Part shown: positions 1 through 11,466 of the stretch, piece after piece
Numbering within the stretch: position 1 is the first letter of the stretch
How the letters are laid out: every line of letters begins with the position of its first letter
NCBI RefSeq assembly: GCF_006345805.1
Contig: NC_043011.1
Coordinates: forward strand, 30,950,464-31,014,463
Direction of reading: 5' to 3'
Length of the DNA: 64,000 nt
DNA from: Octopus sinensis
Lineage: Eukaryota
Made by a program: the position numbers and the translations under genes
The notes under the pieces: generated by a model
The model's database searches: none
Told to the model about the DNA's origin: nothing
The model's input: only the letters and a program-made list of their open reading frames with translations

Positions 1-3000
1 GTTCATCTACCAGTGACCGAATGGTGGCTTTGTTGCCCTGTGCGCGCCTCTGCCACCCGGGCCTCTCTCGCGGCTCCAACACATTCGTTCCTTAGAGCAC
101 GCATCCTAGCTCTGACAGCACATCCTTCGTGTTTGGCGTTGAAGTGTTGGTCGAGGCCAACCTCGCCGCCAAAACGTCGGATGCGATGCCGCTTCTAATT
201 GCCTCTTCTAGCTTCTTAACTAGCTCACCCTCTACTCTATTTCTATCTATGGCTAGTGCTTTGCTGTACCTAATCGCTTCTGCTTTTACTGCTCTCTTGA
301 GGGCAAACCACCATTTGTTGTTGATGATGGCTCCCGTCAAAGCCCTCTTTACTAGTGTGCTAATCCGGTCTCTGAAAACTTGTCTGGACGGGAATGATGC
401 GTTCAGTTTCCAGTACTCAGGACCCTGTCTATGTGCCTTATCTAAGTCTAGCGTACACGTCACCAATTTGTGATCCGTGTAGCTGACTGTGTGGAATTGT
501 GGACATCCTAAGTTATCCTTGTCTACTGTCCTACACAGTATCCTCTAGATACGATCTCGACGACCCACTGCGGTTGCTCCATGTCCACGTTGGTGCATTT
601 GGTGGTCGAGTCGGTACCTGTCAGACAGTTGGAATCGTCTGAGCAGGTCTCTGAGGCATTTGCATCCCCTTCTGTTTCTGTCTCTACCCACGTAGTCTAC
701 ATGCGTGTCCAAGGTAGCATTCCAATCCCCCACTAAGAGTAAAGGACGAGACGTTCCCAAGAATACTTCTAGACGTCGAAAGAAATCCGCCCGACCTGTT
801 AAGGCGGTGCGTAGACTGATACGAGTCGAAAAGCGCACCTATTGCTGCCGTCAACATCCAGAACGACTAGTCTACCCTCCGGGTCTACGAATATCGTCTT
901 GACTTCGAGATCCAGGCTCTTGTGAAAAAGTACCGCGGTGCCACTACCGCCCATCCTCGGCAGACAGGGAGCGAAATAAATGTTAAACTGTCCGCCAAAC
1001 ATGGACTTTAGGGCCCGTGGCTCGTGGAGTCTGGTCTCACTTATGGCTATGATTCCCAAATCATGTGACTTGATGTCATTTAGGAGGTATCCTTGTTTCC
1101 AAGGAGACCCCAAGCCACGCGCATTCACACAACCAATCTTGACCATGATTCTATTATTTGGGTGTGTGCTTTAAAACACAAAAATGAAAGTACAGAGAGT
1201 TACTTACTTGTGTCGAAAGTTTTGTTGGCTTCCTCGTTCTTTGATGTGTCTTCGAGGAGGTTTTTATACAGTTTTTGGGACAGATATTTCTGGAAACCCC
1301 CTACAGCATTTGGGAAGAGGGCTTTGAGTTTGTGGTGTTGTGTTTGTGTGATGTGTAGTATTTTGATGTGTTTGGGTGGTGTAGTGCGTGATGATTGCTA
1401 TTTTTAAAGTCATCTTCACAAATGTTGTGTATCCTGTGATGTCCTCCATTAGTTTGGAGTCTTTGGTGTCTATCGCTGATAGCATTGTTTTTGTGGTGTT
1501 GGTGCTTGTTTTGTTGTGTATGGAGTTTTCAGGGTTCAGGTATCTCCCTGCTTTGGTTGCGATTTCTTGTTTGGTTTTCTTGATCTTTTTCTTTTACCCC
1601 CTGTGGCTATTTGCCATTCTGTCGAACTTTCATCGTTAGATGAAAAGTCTGACGAATCAGCAGGGGGCAAGGGTTAAAGCGTCTGGTGTGTTTGTGCGGT
1701 TGTAGATTGTTGTGGTGCGGGGGAGGGTGTTGCTGGGGGTTTGTTGTGGTTATTGTCTCTCCTACATCCTTGGTGCTTGTCTTTTCGTTTTGTTATTTTG
1801 GTGTTGGAATTGGTTTATTTGTTGTTGGTGGTGATGATTCTGTTCTTGGCGCTGGTGGTGGGTTGTTTGGTTGGGTTGGCTTGTTCTTTGTTGTTTTTCC
1901 TGCATTTCCGCATACAGCTTCTTGACTAGCTGTCCATATTGTGGTGTGGGCAATAATGCTGGCTTTTGTAATTTTTCATGTGGCTGTTGTTGTTGTTGTA
2001 ATTTTGCGGCAGATTTGCACTCCTTTTTGAGGTGTGCCTCACTGCCACATGTATAGCATCGTGGCCTTCTGCCCTCGACTACTACCTATAACTTGCGGCC
2101 ATCCTCAAGATGTACGTGGGTAGGGATTTTATTGATGTCGTCTTGACTTATGTGGAAGAGGAACTCTATTCTCTTTCCCAGCCAGTCCTTGTTTTTCGAA
2201 ACACCGATATCTAGGATGTTTAAGTCCTCCATTTCGGATGTTAAGGCGGATGTTATCCACAGTGTTGTAGTCACTTGGGGGACACCACTGATAATGACCT
2301 TCGTCACCTTCTGGCCGAGGTAACTCAGTGTCATCGTTAGTTCATCAGAATGAAGGGTTATCGTTGAGAATTTCTTCGCCAACTCTTCATTCTGAAAAAC
2401 CACCTGTACGTGGGCGAACAAGTTCGCCCAAGTCACATAATCCTTGTATCCCCAGATGGGGCGTAAGCACTTTTCGACTTTGTCTGTGCTTGCCTTTTCT
2501 GGACTTTTAGTTTTTTTATTTCTGATTTTATATACAATTGTCTTTTTTTTCTCCTCATTCAGTATGTCTTGAGGTATGTGTAAGAGTATTTTTCCGTTTT
2601 CATTTGTAATAAGGTTTCTGCAATCTTTAATCTGTTGCGTGTAGTAAACGAAACTTTTGTTACCTTTTCTTTTATCGCCTCGGCGAAGTTTGTTGTTGTT
2701 TTGTTATTGTTGTTACTGCCGGTGGTGGGGTTGGTGTTGATGGCAGGGGTGTGGGTTGTAGGTTTGTGGTTGCTGATTATGCAAATAGCAAGGGGTGGAA
2801 AATTGCCTGCGTAATTAGTCCTGCATTAGCGCAAATTTCGGCATTTCGTTTGCTTGTCGTCGTTATTTTTTCACTTGTTGGTGATGGAGTGAGCAGTGGT
2901 TGAAGGGAATTGTTGTTGTCGTCGTCGTTGTTGTTGTTGTTGTGTTGTTGTTGTTGTTGTTATTGTCGTTCTTGGTGACGGCGGGTGTGTGTTAGTGGTA

Positions 3001-3400
3001 TTAGTAGCATTGACGGCACGGTCTTTGGTGGCGGTGATGGTGATGTTGGTATTGTTATGGTGGTGGCGATGTCTTTAGCAGGGATAGCAGTTTTAGTAGC
3101 AGATTCTGCCATGGTGTTGTTGTCGGTGTTGGTGGTGGACTCACTGATGGTGTTGACGGTGCTTGGCCTTGCGACCTTTGTTTTGTATTTGTTGCTGTTG
3201 TCGATGTTGATGGTGGTGGAGGTGGTGTTGTTGTCAGGTTCAGCGTATGCTAACAGAGCATCCTGTTTTTCTGTCTCTGCGTCACGCTTGACTTGCACCT
3301 CAGCCTCGTGGTGACCAGTGGCCATTTTTGAAGTTAAAATGGCTAAATGAAACCACGAAGGCTATGAGAATTTCTTTTTTAATTTTGCCCGCAAGGGGCA
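1..3400 (-). mobile_element. Tx1/L1-like non-LTR retrotransposon, 5' part (ORF1 plus ORF2 endonuclease), decayed and running off the window
   Basis: ORF1 pieces at 2960-3325 and 2086-2436, and a gag-like CCHC knuckle CYTCGSEAHLKKEC near 2010-2060 after a stop. ORF2 starts at 1146 with APE endonuclease motifs (GCVNARGL, ISETRL, LVSVYAP, VGDWNA, YWKLNAS) broken by frameshifts. Confidence 0.88.
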
Positions 3401-3540
3401 AAATTTTGTGTAGATATTTATCAAAGGTTTGCAGTGGATGTTGTTGCACAACTTTTAAACACAAAATATTTGTCAATATACACTTTTGAACGTATAAAAA
3501 TACCAACTTACGTGGAGCCCATTTGACTTGCGTCTGTTGT

Positions 3541-3623
3541 CCAGATAGATAGATAGATAGATAGATGGATGGATATGTAGGTAGATTGACAGACAGACAG
3601 ACAGACAGACATGCAGACAGACA

Positions 3624-3697
<74 letters not shown>

Positions 3698-3702
3698 TAG
3701 AC

Positions 3703-3769
<67 letters not shown>

Positions 3770-3862
3770 GAGAGAGATAGATAGAGAGAGAGAGAGAGGT
3801 TGAGAGAGAGAGGGGTTGAGAGAGAGAGAGGTTGAGAGAGAGAGAGAGAGAGAGATAGATAG
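3541..3862. repeat. Compound microsatellite (GATA/GACA/GGCA/GA)
   Basis: Tandem tetra- and dinucleotide runs read directly. Confidence 0.95.
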
Positions 3863-3865
3863 ACA

Positions 3866-4080
3866 AAAGGGATGCCGAAAAGTTCCTGGATTTAGGTAAA
3901 AGAATAAACAAGCGTATCATTAATTATAATTTTATTCACTATATTCCCCTCTCAGATTCAAACACTTATTGCAACGGTCCTTCAGGTTTTCTAAGTCCTG
4001 TAAAAGAACTCGGGAGGTTGGGCTTCCAACCAGGCCTTTTGCGATAACCTTAAAACCTGGAACTTTTCAGCAACCCTTCG
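3866..4080. mobile_element. Tc1/mariner-type MITE, copy 1
   Basis: Imperfect TIRs (GGGATGCCGAAAAGTTCCTGG / CCTGGAACTTTTCAGCAACCCTTCG); homologous to 18470-18680. Confidence 0.75.
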
Positions 4081-4090
4081 TGTGTATATA

Positions 4091-4133
<43 letters not shown>

Positions 4134-4390
4134 TGTGTGTGTATGTGTATGTGTGTGTGTGTGTGTGCATAAAATAAGTGATGGTTTGTTGTCAACTTAA
4201 TGCGGCAGTCCCAGGAAAGGAAGAATGCTACTGCTATTTAGCCCAAGGATCGTTTCCTGGTACTAAATAGCAGTAGCATCATCCCTTTCCTGGGACTGCC
4301 GCATTAAGTTGACAACAAACCATCACTTTACGTGCGTGCTGCTACTGTATAAGTCTTTCTGAGAGATTTAGAAATGCAAATATTTCTAAA

Positions 4391-4440
<50 letters not shown>

Positions 4441-4499
4441 GAGAAATACCCAGGAGAAACCGGAATTTTGTAATATTTTTCTATTCTCTTAGTTTATAC

Positions 4500-4830
4500 T
4501 TTTACCGTCTTCAAAATATTCTCCATTTCAAGCCATGCATCGGTCCAGATGCGTTTTCCACTGTTCGAAGCAGTCCTGGAACTCTTACGAAGTGATGCCT
4601 TTTAACACCTCCATTGTTTTTCTCTTCATCTCCGCCATGTCTTCAAAACGTTTTCCTTTAAGGACATTTTTCATTCGAGGAAACAAAAAAATGTCGCAGG
4701 AGCAAGATCGGGTGAATAGAGAAGGTGGATAAACGGGGTCATGCCATTTTTGGTCAAAAACTGTCTCACATTCAAGGCGGTGTTCGCAGGCGCATTGTCG
4801 TGATGAAACGACCATTCTCCACTTTGAAGG
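4500..4830 (-). pseudogene. Mariner transposase C-terminal fragment
   Basis: Minus-strand translation includes DIFLFPRMKNVLKGKRFEDMAEMK...EFQDCFEQWK..LDRC...GEYFE, typical of the mariner C-terminus. Confidence 0.8.
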
Positions 4831-4875
4831 TATATGCATGTATATGTATATATGTATGTGTATATATATATATAT

Positions 4876-4902
4876 CAGCACGAACTTTCCGGACAACCCA
4901 AT
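4876..4902. mobile_element. Orphan mariner TIR (a second copy at about 6102-6130)
   Basis: GCACGAACTTTCCGGACAACCCAATA matches the right TIR of the element at 13435-14000. Confidence 0.7.
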
Positions 4903-7224
4903 ACTTGCTCAAGATACCTTATAAGGATGTTCTTTTTATTCGAACACACATACACACACGCATCAGATATCATACAGCAATGTTAGGAATTGCTGGTTTA
5001 TAGCATTATTGAATCGTAGGATTTATAGGAACAATATTATAACAGATGGGAGTCACAACACAAATGTTCTAGTCGCAACACCTGGCAGAATTTTCAACGA
5101 ATTTTGCTATCACTATTTTCACTTTTTCAAAATTGTTTCTAGTCTGATTTTAAAAAATCAGTCCTAGATTCTCAAACACCGTTGTAATGATCATTTGACG
5201 CAGTAATTAAAGATTGTGTATAAATATAATAATTATTATGACATCAGAATAATTGCAATACGTCATTTTTCAAACCTCATTTTAAAACTTTAAAACATTT
5301 CCAATTCCTGGCAGAACATACCAGGAACTCGAAAGTTTTTTCCTTTCTTTTTTTATCACAAAAATAGAAAACCGAACTTCTTTAGCACTATAGCTAAAAT
5401 CTAATGGGATCTATCACTCACTTATCCAGAAGATGTTACTCTCCTCAATGTTGGTATCTTTTTCTTGTATTTTGATATATAGTCCTTTTGTTTTCTTTTC
5501 AGATTTTTCTATTAATATAAATCTATCCTGATGTCATGAGAATTCAGTAATATAATTATATTCTATATTTTGGGAGCACAGTTTACGGTGTTGTTTATAT
5601 ATTACTACATGTAGAGAGAGAGGAGTCGATTTTAACACCATCGATGAAACTTTATACAAATGTAGATGCGAGAAAGTTTCCAACCACAATGCGTTCTGAT
5701 TAATAAACTGAAAAATCTATAATGTACTGAGAAACAACTATATCATAAATCAGTAGAAAAGGCACAAAATATATTGGGTCAATCTTATCGGTAGCTTGTA
5801 TACGTTTTGTGTAAGATTAGACAAGTGAACAGAAAGCGAGGTTGGAGAATAGAGGAATGCATAAGCATAGGAATGTGGGTGTGTGAAAGAGGGAATCCGA
5901 AGGAGCAATATCTGGTGAATATGGAGGGTGGGGGTAACACATCCACTTTAAAGGGTTACAGAATTAATACAGGTTATTGAAACATAACTTTTCTTCCGCG
6001 AAAAGACAGCTTAAACTGTGCTCTAAATGGAGGTGTAGTCAAATCCTGTTTTATGAACTCACCCATGTTCTAAAATAAGTCGAAAGGTAAGCTACTATAA
6101 ATCGGCACAAACTTTCCGGACAACCCAATATTTATTTATTTTACTCTGCTTACTGGTTTCTTTTGCTTTTGTTACTATTGTTGTCCTCCACAGCTTACAA
6201 CTCATGCGATGACGGAATACCACTGCTGGCAGGATCTGTGATGGACGAAAGATCCTTCAGCATCTTGACATCAAAGCTCCTCGGCGGCCCCGAGAGTCTC
6301 GATCTGTAGTGCAATTACAGATATATGGTAGCTATAGTTCTCGCCTATGTATGCTACTGTTGTTTTTGCTGCTGCTGTTGTTATTGTTGTCTATTCTGTT
6401 GCACGAAGTCTTCTTCTCTATTCTGTTTCTCCTCCTTCTCCGCCAGAAACCATAACCTTTATGTTTCATCTCTATGTCTTACTGCACAACATTGTGGGCA
6501 GATATACCAGGTACTAGCACCCCTGTTTTCTCGCCTCGTCTTCAGTCTTAAAGAGAAAGTGCATGCTTCCATACACACTGTTCCGTTCGATAAAACGTCT
6601 TGGGCTACATATTGGCCAGTTCTTAATGTTTTTAATCTACGCCTTCGAGGGCGCATGTGGCCTTTTCAGTTTTCAAGATACAGGAGTGATAATTTCTTCC
6701 AAGATACAGGAGTGATGATCCTTCCTTGCAAGGATTCTCCAGGCAAAAAGCAGTATCTTTCGAAAAATAGCCTCCCACAGCTTTTTCCGTTCCCAATGTT
6801 GACCTAGGTCCATTGTTTCCCTCAGGTTTTCAGTGTATCCAAAATATGAATTGTTTTACAAAAATCTCTGTTCAATTGTCAGCTTATTTCTTCATCTTGT
6901 TTTGATATATTTAATTTACCGAATTTTCAAATTATTTTCATTTCTGTGGAGGGGTGATGTATTTGTTGGCACCACACCTGTAAATAGCACTCTTTTCGAT
7001 GGGCGCCATTTCAAGACTTTTTTTCTTTTTATGATAGCAAGGTGTATAATGCTAGATCTCTCTAGCCCTCCCAATCAGTTCCGAAACTAACAACGATAAT
7101 TGGAAGAAATTATAAATTGTTCAAAAATCGATAACAATTTGGTCGAACAAAGAAAACGATGAAAAAAATCACTGGGCATATAACCACAAGGAAATAATAA
7201 CAACAACAACAACAATAATAATAA

Positions 7225-7605
7225 TAATTATAATCACCCTGATGCAGTACCAGACAGTGGCTCTCATGGCTTCTGGTCTTAACTGATTGGAAGTGTTATC
7301 ATGTACATTGTTTTGTCTTGGTATAAAAGATGGGCTACAGCAAATATTCTGCTCAATACCACAGATTTGCTTGTCAGTTGTTTGACCTTAACCAGTTGAG
7401 CATGTCCCTTAGTGGCTGACGATATGTGCATCTCTGATCACGAGCAGAAGTAGTGGGGAGTATCATAGCCATATGTTGAGAGGGATTCTTAGAGGTTTGG
7501 ATAATTCCCCTCTGGAAACATGTATGTTTCGTTCAACATCCTTAAACAATCCTTATTCGGGGATCTTTTGAGCGGAATGGGTTACTCGACCAGAAGAAAA
7601 TTCCT
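7225..7605 (-). mobile_element. Non-LTR retroelement 3' UTR or SINE-like repeat with (ATT/GTT)n tail
   Basis: Higher-GC non-coding block abutting a trinucleotide tail at 7195-7230; I recognise it as an abundant octopus-type repeat. Family not assigned. Confidence 0.45.
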
Positions 7606-7860
7606 ACCTATACACATTTTTACGTTGAGGGAGAAGGACGAGGCATGATATTTCTGCGGCACTTCCTTCTGCCCCTACATAAACGGGACCATGCGTTGTA
7701 AACTGTGCATAGCCGAACGGACGAGGATATTAAAGGACTCACTCGATCCGATGAACATCCTTAACTCTCGGACGAAGGTTTTCGGAACCTGCTTGCACTT
7801 CAGGAAATTCCTATTGGCGTCCTGGGTTCCATACGCCAACAGGGTCAATTACGAATGGTG
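7605..7860 (+). pseudogene. Penelope-like element GIY-YIG endonuclease C-terminal fragment
   Basis: RCKLCIAERTRILK...ILNSRTKVFGTCLHFRKF fits the PLE C-terminal pattern CxLCxxE...LNxRxE...CxHxxKF. Confidence 0.65.
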
Positions 7861-8378
7861 GTCAAAGGGAGACAATCTCTTGTTGTTGACAGTGTAACGA
7901 AGTCTTTCTAGAGAGGTCACTTGCTAGAGAAGACATACGCAAAGATTAGGGTCTGAAGAAAAGCTATAAAGCTAAGCGCTTTATGGACGTGAAACCCAGG
8001 GTAACTCCGTAGACCGGCCATATCGATCTTTATCTGTGTGTGTGTGTGTGCATGTGTGTGTATGTGTCTGTATGTGTATGTGTGTTAGCAACAGAGGCAG
8101 TATCAAAACCGAGAAGTAATATTTATCCCCACTTAAGCGTGGATGTTCTATGTTCTGTAAGAACCAACTATACAACAGTGGTTACGATGAAAGAAACTCT
8201 CACACTGGCTTTTGGCGCAAAATGCACACTTGTTTTATACCGCTAGCGGAGAGATAAATCCCCGTCAACTCCAGCACTAAGACCTCCAGATAACGTGATT
8301 TCGACCTTCCTTGGTCTTGTCAATGAGGGACACTCGACCGCTGGAAATAGCAGCGACTCAAATCCCGCATCCCTACCG

Positions 8379-8414
<36 letters not shown>

Positions 8415-8421
<7 letters not shown>

Positions 8422-8713
8422 ATCACGTGACCGACCAGGCTATCAGATGTTGCTACACATCGCTGGTCACAATGCGCTTCGCATTGTTTTAGCCTTCAAA
8501 TGACGCCACCCCGCTGGCTAAGCGAGCAGGCCAACAGAAGAAAGAGTGAGAGAAAGTTGTGGCGAAAGAGTACAGCAGGGATCGCCACCACCTCTTGCCG
8601 GGGCCTCGTGGAGCTTTAGGTGTTTTCGCTCAATAAACACTCACAACGCCCGGTCTTGGAATTGAAACCGCGATCCTACGACCGCTGCATTAACCACTGG
8701 GCCATTGCACCTC

Positions 8714-8716
<3 letters not shown>
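8415..8716 (-). mobile_element. tRNA-derived SINE, family C
   Basis: Minus-strand head with A box TGGCCCAGTGGTTA and B-box-like GGTTTCAATTCC, followed by a non-tRNA body. Confidence 0.75.
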
Positions 8717-8755
<39 letters not shown>

Positions 8756-8763
8756 TATATATA

Positions 8764-8807
<44 letters not shown>

Positions 8808-9130
8808 GCACACACTCTATATGGTTTATTAACTCTCTCTTGTCAATTGTTAAATAATGTCAAATATACTGTAGTATATCTATACTACAGCATAAATAAA
8901 CGCAAATAATGCTCATATATTGTTTCTCGCCAATTCGATTGATGTTTGCTATCTAACAGTCCTCAAATGAATATACCTATATGCCTTAGATAACATCTCT
9001 TTTTCATCGTTGATCATTATCCGACATATAAAAGATCCGAGTGTGTGTGTGTGTGTGTGTGTGTGCTCACCTCATGGTTTATATACTATATCCTGTTAAT
9101 TCTTGATTTGTGTCTGATATTTAACATATA

Positions 9131-9345
9131 CTCTTTTACTTGTTTCAGTCATGTGACTGTGGCCATGCTGGAGCACCGCTTTTAGTCGAGCAAATAGACC
9201 CCAGGACTTATTCTTTGTAAGCCTAATACTTATTCTATCGGTCTCTTTTGCCGAACCGCTAAGTTACGGGGATGTAAACACACTAGCATCGGTTGTCAAG
9301 CGATGTTGGGGGGACAAACACAGACACACAAACATATACACACAC

Positions 9346-9411
<66 letters not shown>

Positions 9412-9570
9412 CGACGGGCTTCTTTCAGTTTCCGTCTACCAAATCCACTCAGAAGGCTTTGGTCGGCCCGAGGCTATAGTAGAATACACTTGCCCAAGGT
9501 GCTACGCAGTGGGACTGAATCCGGAACCATGTGGTTGGTAAGCAGGCTACTTACCACACAGCCACTCCTA
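9131..9570 (-). mobile_element. tRNA-derived SINE, family A
   Basis: Head GGAGTGGCTGTGTGGTAAG..GGTTCCGGATTCAGTCCC, internal (TA)n and AAAAGAGT tail; homologous to six or more copies in the window. Confidence 0.9.
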
Positions 9571-9900
9571 AGCCTATATCCACAAATATTTTACAAATGT
9601 CGTAGTCTTTGGAAAAGCTGTTACTGATGCTACTGCAACTAGGTTCGGATACCACTTCAGCTCTATAAACAACTGTCTTGGTTTCGCAATGGTCTCCTAC
9701 TCGGCTTCTGTTGTAGTCCCTGCATGAACATCCCGCGTCCGCCCTAGCCTAAGAGTATTAACTAGAATGGTACATAGGTACGGATGCATTTTCAATAGAC
9801 ACAACGCGAAAACGTGCGTAGGTAGGATGTTCCTTGGGCTACTAGATAAACACTTCACACGTTCACATAGGTACGGGCGCATTTTCAACAGACACAAAAT

Positions 9901-10745
9901 GGCTGCATGGTAAGAAGCTTGCTTCCCAACCACATGGTTCCGGTTTCAGTCCCACTGCGTGGAAACTTGAACAAGTGTCTTCTACTGCAGTCTCAAGCCG
10001 ACCAAAACCTTGTGAGTGGATTTGGTAGGCAGAAACTGAAAGGCGATGAGCTGGCAGAAACGTTAGCACGCCGAGCGAAATGCTTAGCGGTATTTCGTCT
10101 GCCGCTACGTCCCAAGTTCAAATTCCACCGAAGTTGACTTTGCCTTTCATCCTTTAGGGATCGATAAATTAAGTACCAGTTCCGCACTGGGGTCGATGTA
10201 ATCGACTTAATACCTATGTCTGTCCTTGTTTGTCCCCTCTCTGTTTAGCCCCTTGTGGGTAATAAAGAAATAGGTATTTCGTCTGCCGCTACGTCCCGAG
10301 TTCAAATTCCACCGAAGTTGACTTTACCTTTCATCCTTTCGGGGTCGATTAAATATGTACCAGTTACGCACTGGAGTCGATATAATCGACTTGATCCGTT
10401 TGTCTGTCCTTGTTTGTCCCCTCTGTGTGTAGCCCCTTGTGGGCAGTAAAGAAATAAGAAACTGAAAGAAGCCCGATGTACATCTGTGCGTGTGTGTATA
10501 TGTGCCTTTGTGTCCGTGTTTGTCCCCCCCCCGCCCACCGCTCCACAACACTACTTGACAACTGGTATTGGTGTATTTACGTTCCCGTAAACTAGCGGTT
10601 CGGCAAAAGATATCGATAAAATTAATGCTAGACTTAAAAAATAAGTACGGGGGTAGATTTATCTGAGTAAAATTTTTCAAGATGATGCCTCAGCATGGCT
10701 GTAGTTTAATGTCTGAAACAAGTAAAAGAATAAAAGATAAAAGAT
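9901..10745 (+). mobile_element. Family A SINE interrupted by a family B SINE dimer
   Basis: Family A sequence stops at 10041 and resumes at 10457; the insert is flanked by the direct repeat AGAAACTGAAA. Confidence 0.85.
10042..10456 (+). mobile_element. tRNA-derived SINE, family B, head-to-tail partial dimer
   Basis: A box TGGCAGAAACGTTAG, B box AAGTTCAAATTCC, central CCTTTCATCCTTT.GGG.TCGATAAA block, tail ...GTAATAAAGAAATAG. A headless second unit starts at about 10272. Confidence 0.88.
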
Positions 10746-10858
10746 TAAAATGGTATGAATAATTACCAGATTTCTTTTTAAAAAGATAATTGTTGCTTTC
10801 ATTCAAATCCATGTTTTCTTATTCAGTCAGAGTGACTCACAATATTTCAAACAGTTAA

Positions 10859-11275
10859 GGCGGCGAGATGGCAGAATCGTTAGAACGCCGGGCAAAATGC
10901 TAAGCAGTGTTTCGTCCGCCTTTAGGTTCTGAGTTCAAATTCCGCCGAGGTCGACTTTACCGTTCATCCTTTCGGATTCGATAAAATAAGTACCAGCACT
11001 GGGGTCGATGTAATCGACATATACCCCCCCCCCAACACACACACACACACTCCCCGAAATTTCTGGCCTTGGGCCAAAATTCGAAACCAATATTTCAAAC
11101 AGTTTTGGCGGTGACGTGGGAAAACCGTTAGCACGCCGGGTAAAATGCTTAGCAGCATTTCGTCCGTCTTTACATTCTCAGTTCAAATTCCACCGAAGTC
11201 GACTTTGCCTTTCTTCCTTTCGGGGTCAATTAAATATGTACCAGTTGAACACTGGGTTCGACGTAACAGATTTAC
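10859..11275 (+). mobile_element. Two 3'-truncated family B SINE copies (about 10859-11020 and 11105-11275)
   Basis: Same head and central block as 10042-10270. Confidence 0.8.
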
Positions 11276-11360
11276 TCCCTCCTCCCTCAATTGCTGTTCT
11301 TATGCCAAAATTTGAAATCAATATTTCTACCTGTTCCTTGGACTAAAATAATTGTTCCCC

Positions 11361-11380
11361 ACTGTTTTCTCTATTTCCAG
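11361..11380 (+). promoter_or_regulatory. Putative 3' splice acceptor of a 5' UTR intron of GPCR1
   Basis: TTTTCTCTATTTCCAG ends 86 nt upstream of the ATG. An in-frame TAG lies between the acceptor and the ATG, so the interval is UTR. Same position as in the paralogs. Confidence 0.6.
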
Positions 11381-11466
11381 GAACTATACCAAATATCTCT
11401 GCAAAATAGAACGCTGTCTTGAAAGTTTCAAAGCATATTCCCGATAAGCGACAGAAAAAGAAGAAA

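Noticed and set aside
6325-6807. 160-aa ORF
   Set aside because: Low-complexity start, no recognisable domain and no supporting splice or codon signal.
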